Made by a program: the position numbers and the translations under genes. The notes beneath the pieces were generated by a model that worked only from the letters and a program-made list of their open reading frames with translations, was not told where the DNA came from and did no database searches. Shown piece after piece: positions 8,710 to 17,660 of a stretch of 64,000 nt of DNA. The stretch comes from a virus (taxonomy: Duplodnaviria; Caudoviricetes), in the IMG/VR virus record IMGVR_UViG_3300027971_000001; one strand, given 5' to 3'. Each line of letters starts with the position of its first letter. Position 1 is the first letter of the stretch.

Positions 8710-9597
8710 CTAAAAAATGCCTATTGTCATCGCTGTCCATAAATCTAATTTAGTTGCGCTATCCAATCTTTGAACACACATAGTTAAAGTTTTTCCATTT
8801 GCAGACAATGGTATGTTGCTTAATGTACTCTCAGCTTCTGAGTTCTTACCAATCACAATGCCACTATGTCTTTTTGTTCCACCTGTAAAACCGTTGGGAG
8901 TATTGCTTCCAAATGCATCAGTATAGAATCGGTATTCAGCATCTGTATTTACAGAAGAAAAAGCTGGTACTGTGCCCGTTATTGTTGCATCCTCATACCA
9001 CACATACCCTATAGTGCTTGAATTGGCATTATTGTTGCCTAATTCATATTCTAATATTTTTACAATTTTAGATGCAGTGTTTTTAGCTCTTATTGTAATC
9101 ATAGGAATTAAATCATCAGACATGGTCCAACCACGATGAGTAAAAATACCGAAATTATGAAATGTATAAATTTCTGGTACTTGTTCTAATATAGTGGCAG
9201 TTACATTTCCAGACACCGGAGACACACCATATGTTTTTACTGCAACAGCACCTACTCTCGTTATTCCTATCGTGTCGATTTGTGTTACCTGTGCATAAAC
9301 ATCATTTCCTGTGCTATGATCAATGATGCCTACATCCCCGATGTTTACATTGCTTGCACTAAGTGTTATGTTGAAATCCTCTGGATTAGCAATATAACTT
9401 AAAACTGCATATTTTGGAAATACATCAACTGAAGAAATTGGAGGATACGAACAACCTGGAGGAAAAAGGGTACTATCAAGATATCTTAACTTTGTTACAG
9501 AAATTGCAGGATACCGAGTGTCACCCGGACTGTATTGTACAAATTTACCATACTCAGCCGTCTGATAATTAGACACTACATTGGTGGTGTAACTCAC
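8710..9597 (-). CDS. Probable virion structural protein (beta-rich)
   Basis: T/S/V/G-rich 295 aa; TAAATA at 9603-9608, 5 nt before GTG 9597 (TTG 9600 alternative). Confidence 0.6.
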   Translation of the reverse strand: MSYTTNVVSNYQTAEYGKFVQYSPGDTRYPAISVTKLRYLDSTLFPPGCSYPPISSVDVFPKYAVLSYIANPEDFNITLSASNVNIGDVGIIDHSTGNDVYAQVTQIDTIGITRVGAVAVKTYGVSPVSGNVTATILEQVPEIYTFHNFGIFTHRGWTMSDDLIPMITIRAKNTASKIVKILEYELGNNNANSSTIGYVWYEDATITGTVPAFSSVNTDAEYRFYTDAFGSNTPNGFTGGTKRHSGIVIGKNSEAESTLSNIPLSANGKTLTMCVQRLDSATKLDLWTAMTIGIF

Positions 9598-9625
9598 CAA
9601 AATATTTAATAAATTAAATTATTAA

Positions 9626-10057
9626 TTACTGAATTTCGCCAGGATTATAACCCAGCTCTTTGGACACATCAATCTCATCTTCACCAGTATCTTCATCGCT
9701 GTCTAGAGTTTCTACTTCCTTGGGTTCTTCAGTTTCAGGAGCGGCTTCGCCTTTTTTGGTTAATATGCCAAAAGCTACAAGATCATCCAATATGGCTTTT
9801 TCTTGCTTTCCGGCAGGAACATCTGGAAGTTGTTTGGTTTGAGAATCTTCCCTATAATTCTGAAGGGAGCGAACAATATCACCCAAAGATTCTGATCCAG
9901 GAATTTCATCCGGAAGATATTTTGCAAAACTGCGATAAAACTTTTGAAGACCAACTGGGATTTTAGCAAAATTAACGTTTAGATTCTTTTCAAAATCCGA
10001 TACGGCCAGCTTTTTGCTGATATAAGCTTCAAAAATAAGTTTGCTGTCATTGTTCAT
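9626..10057 (-). CDS. Probable head-internal protein, acidic C-terminus
   Basis: MNNDSKLIFEAY N-terminus with IxE; TAAATA at 10069-10074. Confidence 0.55.
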   Translation of the reverse strand: MNNDSKLIFEAYISKKLAVSDFEKNLNVNFAKIPVGLQKFYRSFAKYLPDEIPGSESLGDIVRSLQNYREDSQTKQLPDVPAGKQEKAILDDLVAFGILTKKGEAAPETEEPKEVETLDSDEDTGEDEIDVSKELGYNPGEIQ

Positions 10058-10071
10058 TTCTTATAATATAT

Positions 10072-11211
10072 TTAGTCTTGTTCCGCATCAGAAGCTGTTT
10101 TTTTGGATTTAAGAATTAATCCCTGAACAATACGTTCTCCTTCTTTATCTCCTTTGAATACCTTTTTGATATCTTCAATAGGAAGGGCAAGAACGCTTTG
10201 ATACACAAAAGGAATATACTTTTGATCTTCAGTGCCTACCAATTCAAATATTTTGTTCCAAAGTTCAGGTCCAGCAATCGTATCTGTAACTTCCTGTTCA
10301 ATCACATCCTTCTTGAGTTTACGTTCCACTGCAGCTTCTGGAACACTCTTGTCCGGATCAATTGCCAAATATTCATAAATTCCTTTAACAATCTCATGAA
10401 CCAAATAAGGAAATGTTTTGGCTAATGCTTTGATTGTATAAATGTCACCTTCTGGAACAACTTCTTCACTTCCTTGGGCAGCAGCTTCAATCATGGGCAA
10501 GCTGAAATTTTCAATTGGAGGTGCAACAAAATAAAACAATTGAGCAACAGTTGTTATTAATCCATAATTGTAAATTAAACTTTTGTCCATTTCGTCCAGT
10601 TGATTTTTAACAAGATTAAAAAGATAAAGTTTGCTGACAGCATTTCCCTGCATGAGTGTGTTGGCCAAACGACGACGCAATTTGGTTTCAGTATCATCAA
10701 AAAGATTTTCTGCCACAATTTGATTCAGTTCTTCCAAATCAGAAAGTCCTTCCACATCTGGAAGCAGTTTGTCTTGGGCTTCTTGTTCAGATTGTGTGAC
10801 TGCATTTTTGAGATCAGGTGTTCCCAGTTTGGCAACAATCTTGAGACGGTTAGAATCCACCAGCTTTTTAACAAATTCAAATTCAGGAAGATCCAGCACA
10901 ACTTGAACAGCCATCTTTTCCAACTTGGCTTTGTTTGCACTTTCCACTTCACTGATTTTATTGAATGCAGCAAAAACCTTGGATACCAATTGAGGAAAAT
11001 TTTGTTGTGTTACCGGAGCTTTGGTATAATGCTGTATTCTCTCTAGCAATTTCTGATAAGCATCTGAAACAATCAATTCATAATAATCCTGTGCTTTTTC
11101 CGGAAGCACACCCAATATTTCTTCGGTTCCAGCTTCAAGCTGTTTGCGTTTCTCTGGATCGATCAGATCAGGTTGTTCACCTGTTTCAATTGCTTCCCGG
11201 AAGTTTTTCAT
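10072..11211 (-). CDS. Conserved helical phage protein, probable head-internal
   Basis: 379 aa; begins MKNFREAIE, resembling a T4 capsid-targeting peptide. Confidence 0.6.
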   Translation of the reverse strand: MKNFREAIETGEQPDLIDPEKRKQLEAGTEEILGVLPEKAQDYYELIVSDAYQKLLERIQHYTKAPVTQQNFPQLVSKVFAAFNKISEVESANKAKLEKMAVQVVLDLPEFEFVKKLVDSNRLKIVAKLGTPDLKNAVTQSEQEAQDKLLPDVEGLSDLEELNQIVAENLFDDTETKLRRRLANTLMQGNAVSKLYLFNLVKNQLDEMDKSLIYNYGLITTVAQLFYFVAPPIENFSLPMIEAAAQGSEEVVPEGDIYTIKALAKTFPYLVHEIVKGIYEYLAIDPDKSVPEAAVERKLKKDVIEQEVTDTIAGPELWNKIFELVGTEDQKYIPFVYQSVLALPIEDIKKVFKGDKEGERIVQGLILKSKKTASDAEQD

Positions 11212-11213
11212 TA

Positions 11214-11492
11214 TCAGGATAGGTTTTTGCGATATTTGAAAAACAGATTAACGTCAGGATTGCGTTTCTTTTCTTCAGCTTCTTCCTCTTCTTCGCTTCC
11301 TTTTGGAACAAGACCTTTTGGACGAGGTTGAAAACCAGGACGCGGTTCAAGAGGGTTGCGACGAGGCGGAGATTTGGGTTCAGTGCTGGGCTTTTCAGTA
11401 TCAGGCTTCACATCCGGCTTTTCAGTAGGAGGTGCTGCCGGAGCAGGTTGCTCTGTTAAATATTTTGTAAATAAATCCTTGAAGCTTTTCAT
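11214..11492 (-). CDS. Pro-rich small protein, probable head-internal
   Basis: MKSFKDLFTKYLTE then a PAAP/EKP-rich stretch; TAAATA 6 nt upstream. Confidence 0.65.
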   Translation of the reverse strand: MKSFKDLFTKYLTEQPAPAAPPTEKPDVKPDTEKPSTEPKSPPRRNPLEPRPGFQPRPKGLVPKGSEEEEEAEEKKRNPDVNLFFKYRKNLS

Positions 11493-11526
11493 TAATATTA
11501 TTTAATCTTTTTAAACTAAAATAAGG

Positions 11527-11946
11527 TCAATTAACCTTATCAATTACCTTATCAACAATGCTATCGGCAGGTTTACCTTCTTTACGCCAACTGTTAAGAA
11601 TTGCATAATACACCAAGTATTGAGGATCCATGATATACAGCTTGTTTCCTTTTTTATCACTAAATTCTGTGACACCATCATTTTCTTTCAATTCCACACC
11701 TTTATAACTCTTGAATTTAACGTGATATGCTTTGACAAGAGTATTGTATCGCAAAACACCAAAGGCGGTTAATATTCCTTTACCATCATCAGTAAATCCG
11801 ATAAAACCGCTGTTTTGCACATCATAACCTGTGGGTGTACTGGCATCATAACTGGCCACTTCATCCTTGATCTTGTCAGGTGTCACAGTGCTACACCCTG
11901 CAATCAAAAGACTACTCAGAGAGAAGATTGCGAATTTCTTTAACAT
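11527..11946 (-). CDS. Lipoprotein, o-spanin candidate
   Basis: MLKKFAIFSLSSLLIAGC lipobox; overlaps the upstream ORF by 35 nt. Confidence 0.6.
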   Translation of the reverse strand: MLKKFAIFSLSSLLIAGCSTVTPDKIKDEVASYDASTPTGYDVQNSGFIGFTDDGKGILTAFGVLRYNTLVKAYHVKFKSYKGVELKENDGVTEFSDKKGNKLYIMDPQYLVYYAILNSWRKEGKPADSIVDKVIDKVN

Positions 11947-12112
11947 CCTTTTCCTTTATGGCTTTTTCTGTTTTGCTTGTGTAATCCACTTCTTTTTGTT
12001 TTTCGTGACGATCCTTCATTTCAGGAGTGTTCTTGGCATTAAACAAATTATTGATTGCACTGAATACTTGGGTTATGGCCGTAAGCACTGCGGTTACTAT
12101 GTTTGTGGGCAT
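11912..12112 (-). CDS. Small membrane-anchored helical protein, i-spanin candidate
   Basis: Hydrophobic N-terminal helix plus charged helix, between holin-like and lipoprotein genes. Confidence 0.45.
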   Translation of the reverse strand: MPTNIVTAVLTAITQVFSAINNLFNAKNTPEMKDRHEKQKEVDYTSKTEKAIKEKDVKEIRNLLSE

Positions 12113-12116
12113 ATTG

Positions 12117-12380
12117 TTACTTATCGCTTATTTTAGGCAAATCAACTTTAGGTTCTTCATCTCTTTTAACATCACTGATGGTTTGATCAATAAATGCCCG
12201 CCATGCTATGAATCCTTGTAAAAAAAAGTTTATAATTATTTGTGCATATATTACGGGGCTTATTTCATTAAATTGCTTAAAACCGCTCAGATCTGACATA
12301 AGGGCTGTCAGAGATGCTATGCTTATGTAAAGAAAACCCCTTAAGAATATTTTTTTAATTTTGAATCTCTTTGCCATCAA
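12117..12380 (-). CDS. Holin-like 2-TM membrane protein
   Basis: Basic N-terminus, two hydrophobic helices, charged C-terminus. Confidence 0.5.
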   Translation of the reverse strand: MMAKRFKIKKIFLRGFLYISIASLTALMSDLSGFKQFNEISPVIYAQIIINFFLQGFIAWRAFIDQTISDVKRDEEPKVDLPKISDK

Positions 12381-13098
12381 TAGTATTTAGCAAAGAAATT
12401 ACCTCATCTTCAAGAAATGGCATGCCTATTTTTTTCCAAATTCCTTCAAAGCTTTCATAATTTTTTATATTTTTTCTTTTGAGCCAATACACTGTTAAAC
12501 GACTGGGTTTCTTTCCGGTCATTTTGGAAAATATATGAGCATATAAACTCAACTGAAGAGCATATGTGAAATATTCGTTGCAAGGCAAATGACTAATAGG
12601 ATCCATGAAATGACTGCTTTCCCACTGACTTGTTGAATATGAAAACTTTTTGTTTGTTTTATAATCAATCACTTCAAAGAAATTATTATCGATATATTCT
12701 GCAATAAGATCTGCTGTTCCTGCAATATGATGATCCATGTCATAAATCATGGTTTCACTCAATACTTTTTTATCCTGAAGCCGATGATCCAGGTTCATTT
12801 TTTTCACAAAAGGTTTCAGGCTGTCATCACATTCTTTTCCTTCCAAATGATTTTGGATGTTGTTATGAATACGGGTGCCAAAACTTGTTCCTTTGTTTTT
12901 AATTTCTTCCCATTCATTCAAAACTTCCTGTTTTACAACTCCTCGTCGCAAGGCTATGCGTTCCGCTATTTTCTCAAAATCAGTTTTTGGTTTAAATTCT
13001 CCAATAAAAGTTGTTACACTTTTAAACAATTGACCATCTGATATTCTTGTATATGAATGTTTCTCTGCATCAAAAATAATTGGACAAGAAATTGACAT
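12355..13098 (-). CDS. PD-(D/E)XK exonuclease (Cas4-like phage family)
   Basis: SVTTFI, GTRIH, SETMIY, AGTADL, IDYKTNK, YALQLSLY. Confidence 0.88.
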   Translation of the reverse strand: MSISCPIIFDAEKHSYTRISDGQLFKSVTTFIGEFKPKTDFEKIAERIALRRGVVKQEVLNEWEEIKNKGTSFGTRIHNNIQNHLEGKECDDSLKPFVKKMNLDHRLQDKKVLSETMIYDMDHHIAGTADLIAEYIDNNFFEVIDYKTNKKFSYSTSQWESSHFMDPISHLPCNEYFTYALQLSLYAHIFSKMTGKKPSRLTVYWLKRKNIKNYESFEGIWKKIGMPFLEDEVISLLNTIDGKEIQN

Positions 13099-13132
13099 CC
13101 ATCGTTTATAACATAAGATAATTTAAATTCAA
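13092..13132. promoter_or_regulatory. Overlapping divergent sigma70-like promoters
   Basis: Minus: TTGAAT(13127-13132)-N16-TATAAA(13105-13110)-N6-ATG(13098). Plus: TTGACA(13092-13097)-N16-TAAGAT(13114-13119). Confidence 0.65.
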
Positions 13133-13138
13133 TGGCAC

Positions 13139-13465
13139 ATGGCACATCGTATACCAAAAACATCAAAAAATTTAAAGGTTGCAAAATCGGCACCTTCAAC
13201 AGAACAAGTCTCAAAACTCGCTTACTCCTTGGTAAAGCATGTAATGACCGCATGCCTGGATTCAGAAAAGCATTATTCTGGGGAGTGGTATGCAGAGGGA
13301 TACAAATGGCACCTGACACGCTCCATCAGGCATGCAACAAACTCGTTGATGCTGGTAGAGAATTTGGACAAAGACTGCAGCAACGAAACCGCCCTTGATC
13401 ATGCCAAAGGTGCTGCCATACGAGCATTGATGGCAGTTGTTTGTTTACAAAACAAGATCAAATAA
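13139..13465 (+). CDS. Possible dATP/dGTP diphosphohydrolase-domain protein (DUF5664-like)
   Basis: KHY...W..G.....SIRH.........D...E..LDHA pattern resembles the DUF5664 KY..NW.KG...RH...D.ESG..HLAHA signature. Confidence 0.45.
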   Translation: MAHRIPKTSKNLKVAKSAPSTEQVSKLAYSLVKHVMTACLDSEKHYSGEWYAEGYKWHLTRSIRHATNSLMLVENLDKDCSNETALDHAKGAAIRALMAVVCLQNKIK

Positions 13466-13865
13466 TTTTACGGACTTTCACGCCGTAAAAATCAAATATC
13501 TCCAAACCTTCTGGATCTGTTATATAATCCTCACCATATATCACTTCTGGAACACCCCACGCACATATCATACGGGCACAATAATTGCAGGGTAAAAGTG
13601 TGCTGGCTATTAATCGGCATTCACCCCGTTCAAAAAGACTAAGAAGATTTGTTTCGGCATGTATCATGTATTTTCTTCGTTCATCTCGATCATTCCAAAA
13701 ATTTTCATCCACATTTTTTCCGGATGCAAGACCATTATAAGCCACACCCAGAACACGATTGTCGAAAGAAAGAGCACATGCTCCTACTTTTTTGTGAGGA
13801 TCCTCACTTCTTTTGCTTGCTTCGATTGCAAGATTCAGAGCATATTTATCCCAACTTAAACGCAT
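13458..13865 (-). CDS. cd: dCMP deaminase
   Basis: RSEDPHKKVGAC, YNG, HAE and PCNYC zinc motifs. Confidence 0.9.
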   Translation of the reverse strand: MRLSWDKYALNLAIEASKRSEDPHKKVGACALSFDNRVLGVAYNGLASGKNVDENFWNDRDERRKYMIHAETNLLSLFERGECRLIASTLLPCNYCARMICAWGVPEVIYGEDYITDPEGLEIFDFYGVKVRKII

Positions 13866-13897
13866 GCTGAATTATAACATATAAAATATATTTTCAA
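13866..13897 (-). promoter_or_regulatory. Sigma70-like promoter abutting start codon
   Basis: TTGAAA(13892-13897)-N15-TATAAT(13871-13876)-N5-ATG(13865), extended TG. Confidence 0.7.
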
Positions 13898-13929
13898 CAA
13901 ACACCACCAAAAGTTATCTAAATACTATT

Positions 13930-14136
13930 ATGGAATCGGTTGCAAAAATACTGACAGAAAACAACAAGCATCTTTCTGATGCACTATATGTTGGGTATGA
14001 TGATGAGAATGATACCGTTCTATTGGTATGTGAACATGCATTTATTGAAAAATTTCAAAAGATGTTCAGCAAATATGGCAATCAGAGTGTTTATTTCGAG
14101 GAAACTGAATCAGCAGGGATAATGGTTTATATATAA
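13930..14136 (+). CDS. Small hypothetical protein
   Basis: 68 aa; TAAATA at 13919-13924, 5 nt upstream. Confidence 0.6.
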   Translation: MESVAKILTENNKHLSDALYVGYDDENDTVLLVCEHAFIEKFQKMFSKYGNQSVYFEETESAGIMVYI

Positions 14137-14137
14137 A

Positions 14138-14311
14138 TTATTCCAAGTCTTCCAAAAATTTTTCCCCTATACCAAAAGTTTTTTCTAGAATTTGTTTTTC
14201 TTCCTTGTTTAAAAACAATCTGCCCACATTGTTTCCTTCAATATACAAATCTGCATGTACTATCCCGTTGGATAGTTTGGAAATAATGTCTAATTTTACC
14301 GATTGGTTCAA
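14138..14311 (-). CDS. Small hypothetical protein (57 aa)
   Basis: TTG start, MNQSVKLDIISKLSNGIVHADLYIEG...; fills the gap; not in the ORF track. Confidence 0.5.
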   Translation of the reverse strand: MNQSVKLDIISKLSNGIVHADLYIEGNNVGRLFLNKEEKQILEKTFGIGEKFLEDLE

Positions 14312-14321
14312 TTTAAAAACT

Positions 14322-17300
14322 TTATGCTTGAGCTTCAGTCCAAGATAATCGGGATTGTACAGGGATTGTTAAAGAAGTATTAAAACCACTGGAAAGTGGT
14401 GTTACTAATACGTGCAACACGTCAGGACCGTCTGGATATACGTCTTGTGCAGAGGATGAAACAAAATTGCTTATTCCACCTCCCAAAATACTGTTACCCA
14501 AATCTCTTACAACTGTAAGATCCTCAACCTGTCTGGGACCTGCTGCAAAAAATCCATAAATTGATTCACCACCGACTACTGAAACAGCAGCAGTTCCTGT
14601 ATAATAACTGATTTGTGCAAGGCTTGATCCTCCAATGGACTGCCAAGGATAATTGACAGGTCCTGCAGGAGTTAACAGTTTTCCATTCAAATTAAGTTCA
14701 ACACGAGCAATTGGATTATTGGATACATTATTAAACACAGGCAAACTAATATCCATGGATTGAAGTTTCAATTGCATTCTGTTGATCACTTCTTTAACTC
14801 CCAATGCACCAGTTCTTCCACTGTCAACACTAGGGGCAAGACGCAAACTCATAATAGCATTTCTTATTCCAGGAACTATAGATGTTGGAGCAGTATTTCC
14901 TGCATTAAATGAATAAGACAAATCATTATCAAATCTTCCATCCATGATAACACTGCTTCCCCAATGACTGATTACAGCTGCGGGTGTTCCTGAAATTGCA
15001 GGGGTTGTATTGTTAAGAGCTGCAAGTTCTATTACAACAGGAGCTGTTGGTGAATATGTGAATGTGGTTGCTACGGTTCCTCCAGCTTGTGCTCTGGTTA
15101 GTCCTGTGAATGTTGTGGCCGTTTTTCCTGTGTATGCAATATATTCAATTGCAGCGGATCCACTTGGGAATGTTGTAGCATCTGTTACACGCAATAATCC
15201 TGTTGATGGGAAATTGCTAGCATCGGCAACATTCATTGTGGTTGTTTCAGAACTGGCAAGTGTAGAAGCCAATGATGTTGAATTAAGGAAAGAATTTACT
15301 TCATATCGGGCCGGTAAATTTCCAGAACGGAAATATGCCTCGGTATTAACATTGTTATTAACCATTTTATGGCAATAACTGACATTTCCATTTGCAGATC
15401 TCATTCCCCATCTTATGAATCCTGCTCCATACCATGAGTAGTCAATATAAAGCATCTGCATTTTTGATAAGTCAACAGTATAACCACTTGGACCTGTTCC
15501 GTTAAATTTGTCAATGTTCCAAGCACTTTGAGGAACTTTAGTATCTATAGTTTTACTAACAACCGCAAACGATGGAGATACAATTGAAGGACCTCTGTAT
15601 TCAGGACTAATCAATAATTGCGTTTGACTTATAATGCTTGTTACGCGATAGCTGATTCCTTTTATTACAATAAAATCTCCGAACTTCAATTGATCAGCAA
15701 ATCTTGTATTTGTTCCGGTAACAATATTTTGTCCGCTTAATACGCTTACATTTCCTTGAATTTGATATGTACTGTTTCTACGAACAACATAAAGATTTTG
15801 TCCGTCAAATTCAAAAAATGCACCGTTTTGATTATCAAACATTCCAACACGAACAGTTCCATTATACCAAGAATTTGCTCCTGCAATTATAAAATTATTT
15901 CCGGATGCTGAAGCAGGAGAAGTTGGTGTTCCAGCAATAGTATATGTAAATGAAAGATCATTCGGAACCGAAGCAACTGTGAATATTCCGTTATAATCGG
16001 ATTGAGCAGCACCAGAAAGATAAATTTGAGATCCTGGAACCATTCCGTGAAGATTTTTTGTATTCACAGTTACCACCCCACCTGAATATGTGACTTGATC
16101 TAAATTGAAATTGGGCTTTAAAAGGGTTCCTGTGCTGAATTGAATTCCTTTTCCGGATTGATAACGGAAATATCTACGGGTTTGACGAATGTGTTGTGCA
16201 TTCGGTGTATAAGCTCCATTTGAAAATTGTATTCCACCATCATATGCACGATGAAGAGAGAACCCTGCAGGACGAGAATACACGCAATTTGCTGGTGAAG
16301 TTGTAACTGCGGTGCCTGTTCCAATTGCAACTGTAGGTGTATCATTTGCACTAAATGTGAATGATCTGGTATTTGGTGTTGTTAATACAACGTGAGAACC
16401 AGATGGTCCAGGTGAAGTTGCACAGTAAACGTTTGAAACGAAAATTAAATCGCCAACATACAAATTATGTGCTGAAACTGTAGTACAAGTGATTATACGA
16501 GGATCTGCCGGTGCTGCACCTGCATTAAAAGTAAAAGCTGTGCTATTTCCAGTATTCACCGGAATAGAAGCGCCAGAATAAAAACTACAAGGGAATGTTA
16601 AAGTTTTTGTGTAATCATAAATCGTTCCAGGTGCTATTGAATTTTTAACTGTATATTTGTATGCCGATGTATATCCAGGTCCTACCGTATAATATTCAGA
16701 TAGATAAAAACCGTTTGCATTATAATCTGTGGCATCCTGAACATAAATTACAACAGGATAATTATTTGTTCCGTATGATACTCCTCCTGTAGGAATGCTT
16801 CTATCAAAAAAACCACCAAAAACGGGTTGACCTGTTAACGATACAGACCTTGAACCGTTTGCGGAAAGTGACCAAGTATTGTTTGGTATAATAAACGGAG
16901 TTGTTGAATCATAAAAAACTGTTGGTTTATTATTCAGAAGTTGAACAAATTCCCATTTGGTGCTTTGTAACCCATATTCAAAATCGGTATCAATCAAAGA
17001 TTGTGGTTGGCTAACTCTGCTTTTGTTGACTGGATCAAAATATTCCTCTTGAGGAACAATTGCCATGGTAGGTGTATCGTAAATTACTTGAAGTTGATCC
17101 GCAGAATTATAACCTCCTGTTGTTGTATCCAATTGAAGTGTTAAAGTTTTTCCATTCGCATCCCATGTACCACCCAATCCCGATATGCTTTCTGCATAAA
17201 GAATATTGTTTGTTGTTTGATCTACAACAACCATCAACCTATTATTTGTAAAATTAGGAACAGCAGAGAAACTAAGTGTTTTTGTGCTGGGTGTAAAAAC

Positions 17301-17327
17301 CGGATTTGTTGTTAAAACAGATTTCAT
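14322..17327 (-). CDS. Large virion structural protein (fibre/baseplate-associated, 1001 aa)
   Basis: S/T/G/N-rich beta-sandwich composition, repeated HxL..G..I.(L/V)S module; TATAAATA at 17337-17344. Confidence 0.75.
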   Translation of the reverse strand: MKSVLTTNPVFTPSTKTLSFSAVPNFTNNRLMVVVDQTTNNILYAESISGLGGTWDANGKTLTLQLDTTTGGYNSADQLQVIYDTPTMAIVPQEEYFDPVNKSRVSQPQSLIDTDFEYGLQSTKWEFVQLLNNKPTVFYDSTTPFIIPNNTWSLSANGSRSVSLTGQPVFGGFFDRSIPTGGVSYGTNNYPVVIYVQDATDYNANGFYLSEYYTVGPGYTSAYKYTVKNSIAPGTIYDYTKTLTFPCSFYSGASIPVNTGNSTAFTFNAGAAPADPRIITCTTVSAHNLYVGDLIFVSNVYCATSPGPSGSHVVLTTPNTRSFTFSANDTPTVAIGTGTAVTTSPANCVYSRPAGFSLHRAYDGGIQFSNGAYTPNAQHIRQTRRYFRYQSGKGIQFSTGTLLKPNFNLDQVTYSGGVVTVNTKNLHGMVPGSQIYLSGAAQSDYNGIFTVASVPNDLSFTYTIAGTPTSPASASGNNFIIAGANSWYNGTVRVGMFDNQNGAFFEFDGQNLYVVRRNSTYQIQGNVSVLSGQNIVTGTNTRFADQLKFGDFIVIKGISYRVTSIISQTQLLISPEYRGPSIVSPSFAVVSKTIDTKVPQSAWNIDKFNGTGPSGYTVDLSKMQMLYIDYSWYGAGFIRWGMRSANGNVSYCHKMVNNNVNTEAYFRSGNLPARYEVNSFLNSTSLASTLASSETTTMNVADASNFPSTGLLRVTDATTFPSGSAAIEYIAYTGKTATTFTGLTRAQAGGTVATTFTYSPTAPVVIELAALNNTTPAISGTPAAVISHWGSSVIMDGRFDNDLSYSFNAGNTAPTSIVPGIRNAIMSLRLAPSVDSGRTGALGVKEVINRMQLKLQSMDISLPVFNNVSNNPIARVELNLNGKLLTPAGPVNYPWQSIGGSSLAQISYYTGTAAVSVVGGESIYGFFAAGPRQVEDLTVVRDLGNSILGGGISNFVSSSAQDVYPDGPDVLHVLVTPLSSGFNTSLTIPVQSRLSWTEAQA

Positions 17328-17336
17328 TTCTTATAT

Positions 17337-17344
17337 TATTTATA
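17337..17344 (-). promoter_or_regulatory. T4-type late promoter TATAAATA
   Basis: Exact T4 late consensus 9 nt before ATG 17327; gp55 is encoded in this window. Confidence 0.7.
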
Positions 17345-17347
17345 TAT

Positions 17348-17659
17348 TTAGCTGAATAAGACTGCGGATATAAATCCATATAAAGCACTATTGCTGTTTA
17401 AGTTAGTATATGCTGACTCATATTTGGAACTATTTGCATTAAGACTTGTATAAGCACTGTTTCCGCCCTGCCAGCTTGCACTATTAGCATTAACTGTGGT
17501 GTATGTTCCTGCTGAAAAGCTGCTTAATCCTGATGCCAAAGTGGTGGTTAAGTCATTATAACCTATCCTTGTTTCACTTATATTTCTATAACCAACAAGG
17601 AAATCTGTAGCTCCCAGACCGCTTATTTGCTGAAATGTTGCGAAAGTATCGTTGGCCAT
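17348..17659 (-). CDS. Short fibre-like structural protein
   Basis: N-terminus (F..F.....L...D.LVGY) and YT..NANSA repeats shared with 44169-45677. Confidence 0.65.
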   Translation of the reverse strand: MANDTFATFQQISGLGATDFLVGYRNISETRIGYNDLTTTLASGLSSFSAGTYTTVNANSASWQGGNSAYTSLNANSSKYESAYTNLNSNSALYGFISAVLFS

Positions 17660-17660
17660 A

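Noticed and set aside
12355-13098. CRISPR-Cas system (Cas4-like gene)
   Set aside because: Stand-alone phage PD-(D/E)XK exonuclease; no cas1/cas2 and no repeat-spacer array; intergenic gaps are too short for one.
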